Of a stretch of DNA of 42,001 nt, positions 7,962 through 16,518 are shown in pieces. Source of the DNA: Gammaproteobacteria bacterium (GTDB taxonomy: Bacteria; Pseudomonadota; Gammaproteobacteria; UBA9214); NCBI GenBank assembly GCA_003230545.1, contig QIFB01000010.1, forward strand, positions 1 to 42,001, in the 5' to 3' direction. Under the pieces are notes generated by a model. The model worked only from the letters and a program-made list of their open reading frames with translations. It did not search any database and was not told where the DNA came from. The position numbers and the translations under genes are program-made. Every line of letters starts with the position of its first letter. The first letter of the stretch is position 1.

Positions 7962-9968
7962 TTATAATAACCCGCGCACTTTTTCCAGAGCATCGAACAG
8001 GGGAGCCATTTGTGACTCGTAGCGTTTCCATACGCCAATGACTTTTTCCGGTGGGGGCAATAAATCAGCTAACCGCTGATCGTTCCCGTTGGTAACAATG
8101 GCGCTTTTGTCAGACGGTAGTTTGCAAAAGCCCAGCACATCGTTCATCACTTTTTTCGGCTCGTGGACCAGCTCTTCAAACTGTACAATGTGCACATGAT
8201 CGGGCATTAACCTTGCCCAGTAGTCAAGCAGGTCTTCCTGCAACCGGTAATAGCTCGACAAGGTATCGAATTTGAGACTGTAATTGTTCCCGTTATCAAA
8301 ATTCTTTTTATATATTTCAGTGCAGGTGTCTTTCCCTTCCCTTCGACAGATAAGAATTTTCGACTCCGGCAGGCATAACCTGATCATGCCCAGATAGTCT
8401 GTGTTGGCCGGGTGAGTATTGGTTACCAGGGAAACCACCTGATAACTGCGCAGAAGACGATCCGCATAATCTTTACCGATCGCCGAAAATGGAGGTTCCG
8501 CAACAGCCTGCATGCATTCAGGGAATAAAGCTCCAGACAGTTTGCCCAGTTCGGCGTTTGCCGCAAGAATAAAATCGGATGATTCGCCTCCTGTAATGAT
8601 CTCTGGATGGATGCCAAGGACTGATTCAAGCAATGATTTACCGCTACGAGACATGCCGGTGATGAAAACAGGCGAGCAATCCCTGGAGCCTGCTAGTTCA
8701 TGCTGTCTCATGCAGCCTTCCGTAAATACAGATTTGATGGTTTCTATTTGCTTTTCACGGGCCTCTATATCGTAAGGATTCCTTTTTGACTTCAGGTCAT
8801 TTCCTTCCCTGAAGTATTCAAAGGCCTTCCTGTAGTCGCCATTATCATCACTGGATTTTCCAAGTGCATTCAGCAGGGAGGCCTTGTCGAGATCCCTCAG
8901 GCCATTGCGATCGAGTAATGCCTCAATCCTTCCCAGATCACTGGCGTGTTCGGCAGGTTCAGTGATGCGCAGATATCGGCAATTGGCCTGTATATATCCC
9001 GGATCCAGCTGTAATGCCTTTTTGAACGCTGTTACGGCATCGGCCTTGTGGTTGCCCGATTCCAGGGCCAGCCCCAGGTTGCAATGGATCTTCGGGTTCT
9101 GTGGATCGAGGGCAACAGAATCACGCAGCACTTTAATTGACTCTTCCTGCCTGTTCTGTTTTCTCAGAATTTTCCCAAGGACCAGATAAGAATCCTGCTC
9201 GTCAGGTTTGATTTTAATTGCCGTATCGATGGACTTCCTGGCTTCGATTAACTGTCCTTCCCGACAAAATATTTCTGCAATACTCGCATGCAGCGCAGCA
9301 TTGTCCGGCATCAGGGACAGCGCCTTGTCTAACAGTATGATGGCTTCCCCGGGTCCATGCAGGCGATACAGGGCATTGGCAAGTTCCAGACAGGCGTCAG
9401 TAAAGCGGGGATTTTTTTCAAGGGTTTCCTGCAGGAGCGGTATTGCCTTTTCGTACTCCTCCTGCTTGCAGAGGGCAGATCCGAGATTTGTTGTTATCTC
9501 GGGAGCATCAGGCATTTTCCTGCGAGCTGTTTCAAAGTATTTCACCGCATCATCCAGCCGGTGAAGCTTCATCATGACATTGCCCATGGTGTTATTGGCC
9601 AATGCGTGTTCAGGGTCTGCCTTGAGCGCCTGCTGCAGGATGGCCGACGCTTCCTTGTAGTTTTCCTGGAGATACAACACATTGCCAATGTTGCTCAGCA
9701 ACACCGGGTTACCGGGGGACTGCTGTAGCGCCCTGCGATAGGATTGCTCTGCTGCCTTCCATTTCTTCCTGGATGCGAGCACATTCCCGAGCCGGTTATG
9801 GGCCTCGGCAAGATCCGGCTGTACGGAAAGGCACTTGCGGTATTTTTTTTCTGCCAGACCCAGGTTACCCTGCTTCTCCGATTCCAGGCCCTGTTGGTAT
9901 ATGTGCAGGGCTTTCTGCCGGGCAGATGATCTTGCAGTGACAGTTGATCGGGCATTATGTTTATTCAT
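7962..9968 (-). CDS. TPR repeat-containing sulfotransferase-like protein
   Basis: Multiple TPR motifs (e.g. AEAHNRLGNVL, NLGLALE) followed by PVFITGMSRSGKSLLESVL, a PAPS-loop-like motif. Visibly lower GC than its neighbours. Confidence 0.85.
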   Translation of the reverse strand: MNKHNARSTVTARSSARQKALHIYQQGLESEKQGNLGLAEKKYRKCLSVQPDLAEAHNRLGNVLASRKKWKAAEQSYRRALQQSPGNPVLLSNIGNVLYLQENYKEASAILQQALKADPEHALANNTMGNVMMKLHRLDDAVKYFETARRKMPDAPEITTNLGSALCKQEEYEKAIPLLQETLEKNPRFTDACLELANALYRLHGPGEAIILLDKALSLMPDNAALHASIAEIFCREGQLIEARKSIDTAIKIKPDEQDSYLVLGKILRKQNRQEESIKVLRDSVALDPQNPKIHCNLGLALESGNHKADAVTAFKKALQLDPGYIQANCRYLRITEPAEHASDLGRIEALLDRNGLRDLDKASLLNALGKSSDDNGDYRKAFEYFREGNDLKSKRNPYDIEAREKQIETIKSVFTEGCMRQHELAGSRDCSPVFITGMSRSGKSLLESVLGIHPEIITGGESSDFILAANAELGKLSGALFPECMQAVAEPPFSAIGKDYADRLLRSYQVVSLVTNTHPANTDYLGMIRLCLPESKILICRREGKDTCTEIYKKNFDNGNNYSLKFDTLSSYYRLQEDLLDYWARLMPDHVHIVQFEELVHEPKKVMNDVLGFCKLPSDKSAIVTNGNDQRLADLLPPPEKVIGVWKRYESQMAPLFDALEKVRGLL

Positions 9969-9993
9969 GATTTCTGATTGCGTGGCATGGTAC

Positions 9994-11478
9994 TCAGCCT
10001 TTTCCTTTCAGGCCGGCACAGGCCATGGTGACGGCACGAAAGATCGCGCGACCCTTGTTCATGGTCTCGTCCCATTCATTGCGCGGTACCGAGTCGGCCA
10101 CGATCCCGGCACCGGCCTGGATGTGCAGGGTCCCGTCCTTGATGACCGCGGTGCGGATGGCAATCGCGGTGTCCATGTTTCCGGACCATGACAGGTAGCC
10201 GACCGCACCGGCATACACCCCCCGCCTGACCGGCTCGAGTTCATCGATGATCTCCATGGCGCGGATCTTCGGGGCGCCGCTGACGGTACCGGCCGGAAAC
10301 GTGGCCCGCAGCACATCGATGGCACTCATGCCGGGACGAATGTTCCCGGTGACATTGGAGACGATGTGCATGACGTGCGAGTAACGCTCGATCACCATCT
10401 TTTCCGTCAGGGTCACACTGCCGATTTCACACACCCGGCCGGCGTCATTGCGTCCCAGATCGATCAGCATCAGGTGCTCGGCCAGCTCCTTCGGGTCGGC
10501 CAGCAAGTCCTGCTCCAGCCGCTGGTCTTCTGCTTCATCCTGACCGCGCGGCCGGGTACCGGCAATCGGCCGCACCGTAACGATGTCGTCCTCCAGATGT
10601 ACCAGGATCTCGGGCGAAGACCCGACCACATGAAAGTCACCGAGATCAAGATAGTACATATAGGGTGATGGATTGAGGCTGCGCAGGGCGCGGTACAGGT
10701 CCAGTGGCGGTGCCGTAAACGGGATCGACATGCGCTGCGACAGCACCACCTGCATGCAGTCGCCCTCGACGATATAGTCCTTGATACGCTCGACCGCTGA
10801 CTCGAACCCCTCGCGGCTCATGCCGGAGACAAAATCGGCCTCCTCGACCACTTTCCCGGGTGCAGGGTCACCAGCCACCGGGGTGGCGTGGTGCAGCTGT
10901 TCGGTCAATTCGTCGAGGCGTGCCTGGCCGTGCGCGTAAGCGCCGTCTTCCGTCGGGTCGACGTGTACGATGAGTTGCAGGGTGCCGGCGAGATTGTCGA
11001 ACACCACCAGCTCGTCCGAGACCATGAGCAGAATGTCCGGGCAACCGATCGTATCCGGCTTGTCAAAGGCCGCCAGCCGGGGCTCAATATAGCGCACGGT
11101 GTCATAGCCGAAGTAGCCGACCAGCCCGCCGTTAAAGCGTGGCAAGCCGGGCAGTTCCGGCGCCCGGTACCGCGCCTGGAACGCCTCCAGCCAGCCGAGC
11201 GGATCATCCGTGGTCGCCGACTCGATGACCGCGCCGTCACGCAGCACGGTGATCTCCGACCCGCTGATCCGCAACACGGTCGAGCACGGCAGCCCGATGA
11301 TGGAGTAGCGGCCCCACTTTTCGCCGCCGTACACCGACTCCAGCAAATAGGAATACGGGCCGCTGGCAAGCTTGAGCCAGGTACTCAGCGGGGTTTCGAG
11401 GTCCGCGAGGACCTCGCGGGTTACCGGAATCCGGTTGTAGCCTTTCCCGGCGAGGGAAGTAAATTGTTCAGGTGTCAT
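9994..11478 (-). CDS. trpE: Anthranilate synthase component I
   Basis: [37 protein letters not shown] and GTVSGAPK. Start at MTPEQF. Confidence 0.97.
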   Translation of the reverse strand: MTPEQFTSLAGKGYNRIPVTREVLADLETPLSTWLKLASGPYSYLLESVYGGEKWGRYSIIGLPCSTVLRISGSEITVLRDGAVIESATTDDPLGWLEAFQARYRAPELPGLPRFNGGLVGYFGYDTVRYIEPRLAAFDKPDTIGCPDILLMVSDELVVFDNLAGTLQLIVHVDPTEDGAYAHGQARLDELTEQLHHATPVAGDPAPGKVVEEADFVSGMSREGFESAVERIKDYIVEGDCMQVVLSQRMSIPFTAPPLDLYRALRSLNPSPYMYYLDLGDFHVVGSSPEILVHLEDDIVTVRPIAGTRPRGQDEAEDQRLEQDLLADPKELAEHLMLIDLGRNDAGRVCEIGSVTLTEKMVIERYSHVMHIVSNVTGNIRPGMSAIDVLRATFPAGTVSGAPKIRAMEIIDELEPVRRGVYAGAVGYLSWSGNMDTAIAIRTAVIKDGTLHIQAGAGIVADSVPRNEWDETMNKGRAIFRAVTMACAGLKGKG

Positions 11479-11609
11479 TGCACTCACCTTTGAGCAGGGT
11501 AATCGGTGTATCACAGTGTTTCAGGCAGCAGACAGCCCCGGGCCATCGACTGCGCGTAAACTGTGGTACCCGAAAATGCTCTCCAGTGAATTGCATCATT
11601 CCGGTTCTT

Positions 11610-12308
11610 TCAGGCGGCCTGTTCCAGCAGCGGCAGAAGTTCGGCCATGGTATCAATAACCGCATCCGGACGGGCATCACGAATATCCTCGCCGTGATTA
11701 TAGCCGTAACTCATGCACACGATCTGAAACCCGGCAGCCCGCGCTGCTGTCACATCGCTCACCGAGTCACCGATCATCAGCGCGGCTTCCGGCGCCACCC
11801 CGAAATGTTCTGCTGCATGCAACAGGGGCCCGGGGTCCGGTTTTTTGACCGGCAGGGTATCGCCGCTGATGATGATGGAAAAATAATCGGCCACACCGAG
11901 GTCGGCCAGCAACGGCTCGGTAAACTGCGCCGCCTTGTTGGTCACGCAGCCGAGCGGATAGCCACTCGCCCTGAGCCGGTCCAGCGCCTCGCTGACACCG
12001 GGATACAGGCTCGAGCGCTGCGAGGTGTTATCGGCATACAAATCGAGAAAGATCGGGTAGGCGCGTTCGAAATCGGCCGTAGCCGGCATGCCGTCGAGTT
12101 CGCTGCTCAGTGCACGCTCCACCAGCCGCTGTACACCGTTGCCGACCCAGTTACGCACTGCCGCCTCTCCCTGTGCGGGACGGCCAAGCTGTTGCAGCAT
12201 CGCGTCCACGCACCAGGCCAGGTCCGGCACACTGTCGACCAGCGTACCGTCCACATCGATGAGGATCATTTCAGGTTTGTGTAAATTCATCATGCGGTTT
12301 GTTGCCAT
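11610..12308 (-). CDS. gph: Phosphoglycolate phosphatase
   Basis: HAD motifs DVDGTLVDS, VTNK, KKPDP and MIGDS; rpe-gph-trpE synteny. Confidence 0.95.
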   Translation of the reverse strand: MATNRMMNLHKPEMILIDVDGTLVDSVPDLAWCVDAMLQQLGRPAQGEAAVRNWVGNGVQRLVERALSSELDGMPATADFERAYPIFLDLYADNTSQRSSLYPGVSEALDRLRASGYPLGCVTNKAAQFTEPLLADLGVADYFSIIISGDTLPVKKPDPGPLLHAAEHFGVAPEAALMIGDSVSDVTAARAAGFQIVCMSYGYNHGEDIRDARPDAVIDTMAELLPLLEQAA

Positions 12309-12321
12309 GGTATTGCGTCTC

Positions 12322-12352
12322 TCCGGATTTCGCTCTGCTTCATCCGGGCTAC
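12322..12352 (-). repeat. GTAG-type REP (GTAGCCCGGAT family)
   Basis: Reverse complement GTAGCCCGGATGAAGCAGAGCGAAATCCGGA, between rpe and gph. Confidence 0.8.
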
Positions 12353-12355
12353 ATT

Positions 12356-13030
12356 CTACGCAGTGGCCCTGGCGATCTCGTCGCGCATGGCGGAGATGGT
12401 TGCCTGGTAGTCATCCGCACCGAAAATGGCCGAGCCGGCGACAAAGGTGTCGGCGCCGGCCGCCGCGATCTCACCGATATTGTCGACCTTCACGCCGCCA
12501 TCGATTTCCAGGCGGATATCGCGGCCGCTTGCGTCGATGATCTTGCGGGCCTCGCGCAGCTTGACCAGCGCTTCCGGGATGAAACTCTGGCCGCCGAAAC
12601 CGGGGTTGACGGACATCAGCAGGATCATATCCACCTCGTCGATGACATACTTCAGGTAATCCAGCGGAGTGGCCGGGTTGAATACCAGCCCGGATTTACA
12701 GCCACTGTCTCGCACCAGCTGCAGGGAGCGATGGATGTGCTCGCTGCCTTCCGGGTGAAAGGTAATGTACGTTGCGCCGGCCCCGGCAAAATCCGGAATG
12801 ATCCGGTCCACTGGCTTGACCATCAGGTGGACATCAATGTCCGCGGTCACCCCGTGATTGCGTAATGCCTCGCAGATCAGCGGGCCGATGGTCAGGTTTG
12901 GTACATAGTGGTTGTCCATGACATCAAAATGCACAATATCTGCGCCGGCAGCCAGGACAGTGGTGACCTCCTCTCCAAGGCGGGCAAAATCCGCGGACAG
13001 TATCGAAGGTGCAATCTTGTAATCGGCCAT
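12356..13030 (-). CDS. rpe: Ribulose-phosphate 3-epimerase
   Basis: [34 protein letters not shown] and IDGG. Confidence 0.98.
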   Translation of the reverse strand: MADYKIAPSILSADFARLGEEVTTVLAAGADIVHFDVMDNHYVPNLTIGPLICEALRNHGVTADIDVHLMVKPVDRIIPDFAGAGATYITFHPEGSEHIHRSLQLVRDSGCKSGLVFNPATPLDYLKYVIDEVDMILLMSVNPGFGGQSFIPEALVKLREARKIIDASGRDIRLEIDGGVKVDNIGEIAAAGADTFVAGSAIFGADDYQATISAMRDEIARATA

Positions 13031-13129
13031 GTGGTTGTCCTCACTCGGAAATTCAATTGGATTGGTGCGTAAAGAAACCTGCACTTTACCCTAACAGGCC
13101 GGGATTTTCAGCTTTCTGCCACTCCCTAC

Positions 13130-13145
13130 CGGCACCATGGGTGCT
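13130..13145 (+). promoter_or_regulatory. Possible sigma54 promoter
   Basis: CGGCACCATGGGTGCT has GG-N10-GC spacing upstream of the 13289 ORF. Confidence 0.35.
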
Positions 13146-13288
13146 ATACAGCAAGCGGCTAATGCAGCTTGCCAATGACGGCAACAGGTCTTATAACATC
13201 GGTAAGGGAAATGGAAAGGGAGTGCCTGCTACCGGCTGGCGTATTGCCAGACTGTCGGATAAAAAAACTGCAACGGGGTCATTTCACC

Positions 13289-13576
13289 ATGGCAAACAGT
13301 TTCCAACCGCGTGTCGGTGACTGGTACCAGAATATCAGCGGCGACAACTTTGAAATCGTAGCCTTTGACGCCGACGAGGCATCCGTTGAAATACAGTATT
13401 TTGACGGGGCCATCGAGGAAATCGAGTCGGATTCCTGGCATGAAATGGAAATCCAGCCGATCGAACCCCCGGAAGACTGGTCCGGGTCACTGGACATCGT
13501 GCGTGAAGATTACGGCGTCGATCTCGAATTGACGGCACCCAACGACCACATCAACCCACTCGACGAACTCGAATAA
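13289..13576 (+). CDS. Small acidic conserved protein (DUF6763-like)
   Basis: P.VGDWY, FEIVA.D, VEIQYFDG.IEE and EPPEDW.G. Family assignment is from memory. Confidence 0.75.
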   Translation: MANSFQPRVGDWYQNISGDNFEIVAFDADEASVEIQYFDGAIEEIESDSWHEMEIQPIEPPEDWSGSLDIVREDYGVDLELTAPNDHINPLDELE

Positions 13577-13731
13577 GCCGCCTGCCTCCCGGCACCGGCA
13601 GCACCCATAACCACCTGATTTGCCACAGGGATCCCGTACGCCCGCAGAATATTTCAATGCGGCAGCCCGGCTGCCGATACCCTGATTGATTCCCGGACAC
13701 CGCGGGACAGCGCAGCGACAGGAGACAACCC

Positions 13732-13929
13732 ATGACCATCGTTTACGATATGGCAGCAGGCAGTATCCGGTCCGACGCACAGGATGAGGGTCGGAACGAA
13801 ACCCCGCAGGACCAGCGCCCGGAACTTATCCCGGACACTCCCGCACCTGCGCTCCGGGAATATGAGGCGAGCGAACCATCAGCGACGAACAACATTCACC
13901 TGGTACGCGAGCTGCTGAAACAGGGCTGA
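13732..13929 (+). CDS. Small hypothetical protein (65 aa)
   Basis: AGGAG RBS; fills the gap before the convergent ABC permease. Confidence 0.55.
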   Translation: MTIVYDMAAGSIRSDAQDEGRNETPQDQRPELIPDTPAPALREYEASEPSATNNIHLVRELLKQG

Positions 13930-13935
13930 CGGACC

Positions 13936-14730
13936 CTATTCACCGATATGCAATAACAGCCCCCGCTGCCGGGCGCTGGTGAACGCCTTCAGGAACGCGC
14001 CGGTCCCGACCACGAGATACAGCACGTTCAGTGCAGCCGCCCGCAGCATCAGGTCTGCCCGGAATACCTGCTCGAACATGACGGCACGCATGCCTTCGAA
14101 CACGTGACTCGACGGCAGCGCCCAGGCCACGGTCTGCAGCCATTCCGGCAGCACGGCAACCGGATAGTAAATGCCACTCACCGGTGCAATGGCAAAAATC
14201 GCCACCCAGGCGAGACTCTCCGCGCCCAGCCCGTAACGCAGTACCAGGCCTGCTACCAGCAGGCCGATGGCCCAGCCCATCACCAGCAGGTTGAAGAAAA
14301 ACCCCAGCAGCGGCAGTCCCAGCCCGAAGATGGAAAAGTCAAACAGCGGAATGGCCAGCAGCGCCGCCCCGCCGACGCCGATCAGCGTGCGCACCATGCT
14401 GATCAGCAGCAGCGCACCGACCAGCTCTACCGCACGCAACGGACTGGCGAACAGGTGGCCAAGGTTGCGTGAGTACATCTCCTCGAAAAAGGCGAGCGAA
14501 ACACCAAGCTGGCCCCGAAACAACACGTCCCAGAGCATGACCGCGGCCAGCAGCACTCCCGGAGCCTGCGCCAGCCAGGTACTGCTGGTCAGGAAAAACT
14601 CGGTAATGAAACCCCACAGGACCAGTTGCACGGCCGGCCAGTAGACCAGTTCGAGAATGCGTGGCCAGGAACGCCGCACCAGGTAGGTATAACGCAGCAC
14701 CATGGCATTGATACGCCGCAGTGATTTCAT
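13936..14730 (-). CDS. ABC-2 type transporter permease
   Basis: About six hydrophobic segments and SGIYYPV..LP.WLQ..A..LP; overlaps the ATPase gene by 4 nt. Confidence 0.92.
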   Translation of the reverse strand: MKSLRRINAMVLRYTYLVRRSWPRILELVYWPAVQLVLWGFITEFFLTSSTWLAQAPGVLLAAVMLWDVLFRGQLGVSLAFFEEMYSRNLGHLFASPLRAVELVGALLLISMVRTLIGVGGAALLAIPLFDFSIFGLGLPLLGFFFNLLVMGWAIGLLVAGLVLRYGLGAESLAWVAIFAIAPVSGIYYPVAVLPEWLQTVAWALPSSHVFEGMRAVMFEQVFRADLMLRAAALNVLYLVVGTGAFLKAFTSARQRGLLLHIGE

Positions 14731-15485
14731 GATGCCGACCTGCCGCTGTGCAACCGTTCCGTGTCCCGCGCCACATCGATAAACACCTCTTCCAGGGTAT
14801 CCCGCCCGTACTTTTGCAGGAGTTTCGCGGGTGAGTCGCGATCCACCACCACGCCCTGGCGCAGCATGATGACATCGTCACACAGGCGTTCCACTTCCAG
14901 CATATTGTGCGACGCCATCAGCAGGGTCGCGCCAGCCTCATTCCGGTAGTCATTCAGGTGGCCGCGGATGATGTCTGCCGTATCCGGATCCAGGGATGCC
15001 GTGGGTTCGTCCAGCAGCAGTACCTCCGGGTGATTCAGCAGGGACTTGGCCAGGGCAACCCGGGTGCGCTGACCGGCCGACAGGGTACCGTAGGGGCGAT
15101 TCAGAAAGCAGTCAATGTCGAACTGAGCGGCAAGTACCTTGATCCGCTTGCCGGCTGCACGCACCCCGTAGAGACGGGCATACACGATCAGGTTCTCGCG
15201 CACCGTGAGCCGCTGCGGCAAGTCCACATAGGGGGAAGACAGGTTGACGCGCTCGAGCACCCGGTAACGGTGCCGCAGCATATCGGTCCCCAGCAAGGCA
15301 ATCCGCCCGGCGGTCGGTAACAGCAGGCCAAGCAGCATGGACAGCAGGGTTGTCTTGCCGGCGCCATTGCCACCCAGCAGCGCACACACCGAACCACGCT
15401 CGACGCTGAAGGAAACATCATTTACCGCGAGCACGTCATCATAACGTTTGGTGACGTTATGCAGCTCGATAACGGTGTCAGGCAT
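14727..15485 (-). CDS. ABC transporter ATP-binding protein
   Basis: Walker A GGNGAGKT, signature LSAGQ, Walker B LLLDEPT and H-loop. Confidence 0.96.
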   Translation of the reverse strand: MPDTVIELHNVTKRYDDVLAVNDVSFSVERGSVCALLGGNGAGKTTLLSMLLGLLLPTAGRIALLGTDMLRHRYRVLERVNLSSPYVDLPQRLTVRENLIVYARLYGVRAAGKRIKVLAAQFDIDCFLNRPYGTLSAGQRTRVALAKSLLNHPEVLLLDEPTASLDPDTADIIRGHLNDYRNEAGATLLMASHNMLEVERLCDDVIMLRQGVVVDRDSPAKLLQKYGRDTLEEVFIDVARDTERLHSGRSAS

Positions 15486-15597
15486 AGAACGGGATTTCCG
15501 GTCAGGGTTTGTTATTCATTTGCAAGATACGCGCCGGACGGATTATGCCAGATCGTGTACATGGCAGGCAGCACGCAATGCAGTAAATGATCTGTTC

Positions 15598-16470
15598 TCA
15601 TGATTGCACAAGTCCCGTAACCCCGTCCCGGGTGCACTTCCGCCCCGCAAGCGTACAGGCCTGCTCGAGGATTGCGGACGTATCCAGTCCGGCGAGGCTG
15701 CCGTTGATGATGGCCGCATTGAAGGTATCGCCCGCACCGAGGGTATCGATGACCTTGCCCGGTGCAACGCCCGGATGCCGGAATACCCGGCCCCGGTAGT
15801 CGATCGCAACTGCACCGTCCGCACCCCGGGTACAGCAGGCGAGTGCTGCCGGGTGATCCGCATGGATGGCCTGTAACAACCACTCCGGTTGTTCATAACC
15901 GCGCTGACGCGCATAGTCCCCTGAAAACAGCAGCACATCGGCAAGACCGAACAGGTCCTCGATACCATCCCGCGCCTTTTCCACTTCCAGTGAACGCGGG
16001 ATGGCGGGATGGTGTTCCCGTGAGCGCTGCAGCATAACCTGCAAGGCCGCAATGTTCCGGCCCTCGAAATGCAGCCAGTCGAACGGCTGTAAATCCAGCG
16101 CTGCAAAATCTGTCGTTGATAGCTCGGGGAGGTCGCGATAATGCACAATCGTGCGCGATCCGGTGGCTGCACTCAACAGGACGGACGAGACCGGCGTGCT
16201 GCCGCTGTCGCAGGTCCGGCATGGCGCAATATCAATACCGTTGTCCAGGAGGTCGGCGCTGACCTGCCGGCCAGCGCTATCGTCGGCCAGCACCCCGGCA
16301 AAGCTGCAGGCATGGCCGAGTCCGGCAAGCACCACCAGCAGGTTCGCGGTGTTTCCACCGCGGCGGTATTTTTGGTTGCTGCAACGGATTTCCGCGTTCT
16401 CGTGCGGATACGCACCCACCTGATAAATGATATCCAGTGTGGCATTGCCGATGCCAAGGATGTGCGCCAT
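15598..16470 (-). CDS. PfkB family carbohydrate kinase, ketohexokinase-like
   Basis: RGGN.AN, GSRTIV, WLHFEGRN and DTLGAGDTFNAA. Confidence 0.9.
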   Translation of the reverse strand: MAHILGIGNATLDIIYQVGAYPHENAEIRCSNQKYRRGGNTANLLVVLAGLGHACSFAGVLADDSAGRQVSADLLDNGIDIAPCRTCDSGSTPVSSVLLSAATGSRTIVHYRDLPELSTTDFAALDLQPFDWLHFEGRNIAALQVMLQRSREHHPAIPRSLEVEKARDGIEDLFGLADVLLFSGDYARQRGYEQPEWLLQAIHADHPAALACCTRGADGAVAIDYRGRVFRHPGVAPGKVIDTLGAGDTFNAAIINGSLAGLDTSAILEQACTLAGRKCTRDGVTGLVQS

Positions 16471-16518
16471 GCCCGCAGACTACGGGGCAGGAAGGCAATG
16501 TCAACCGGCAGACCGGCG

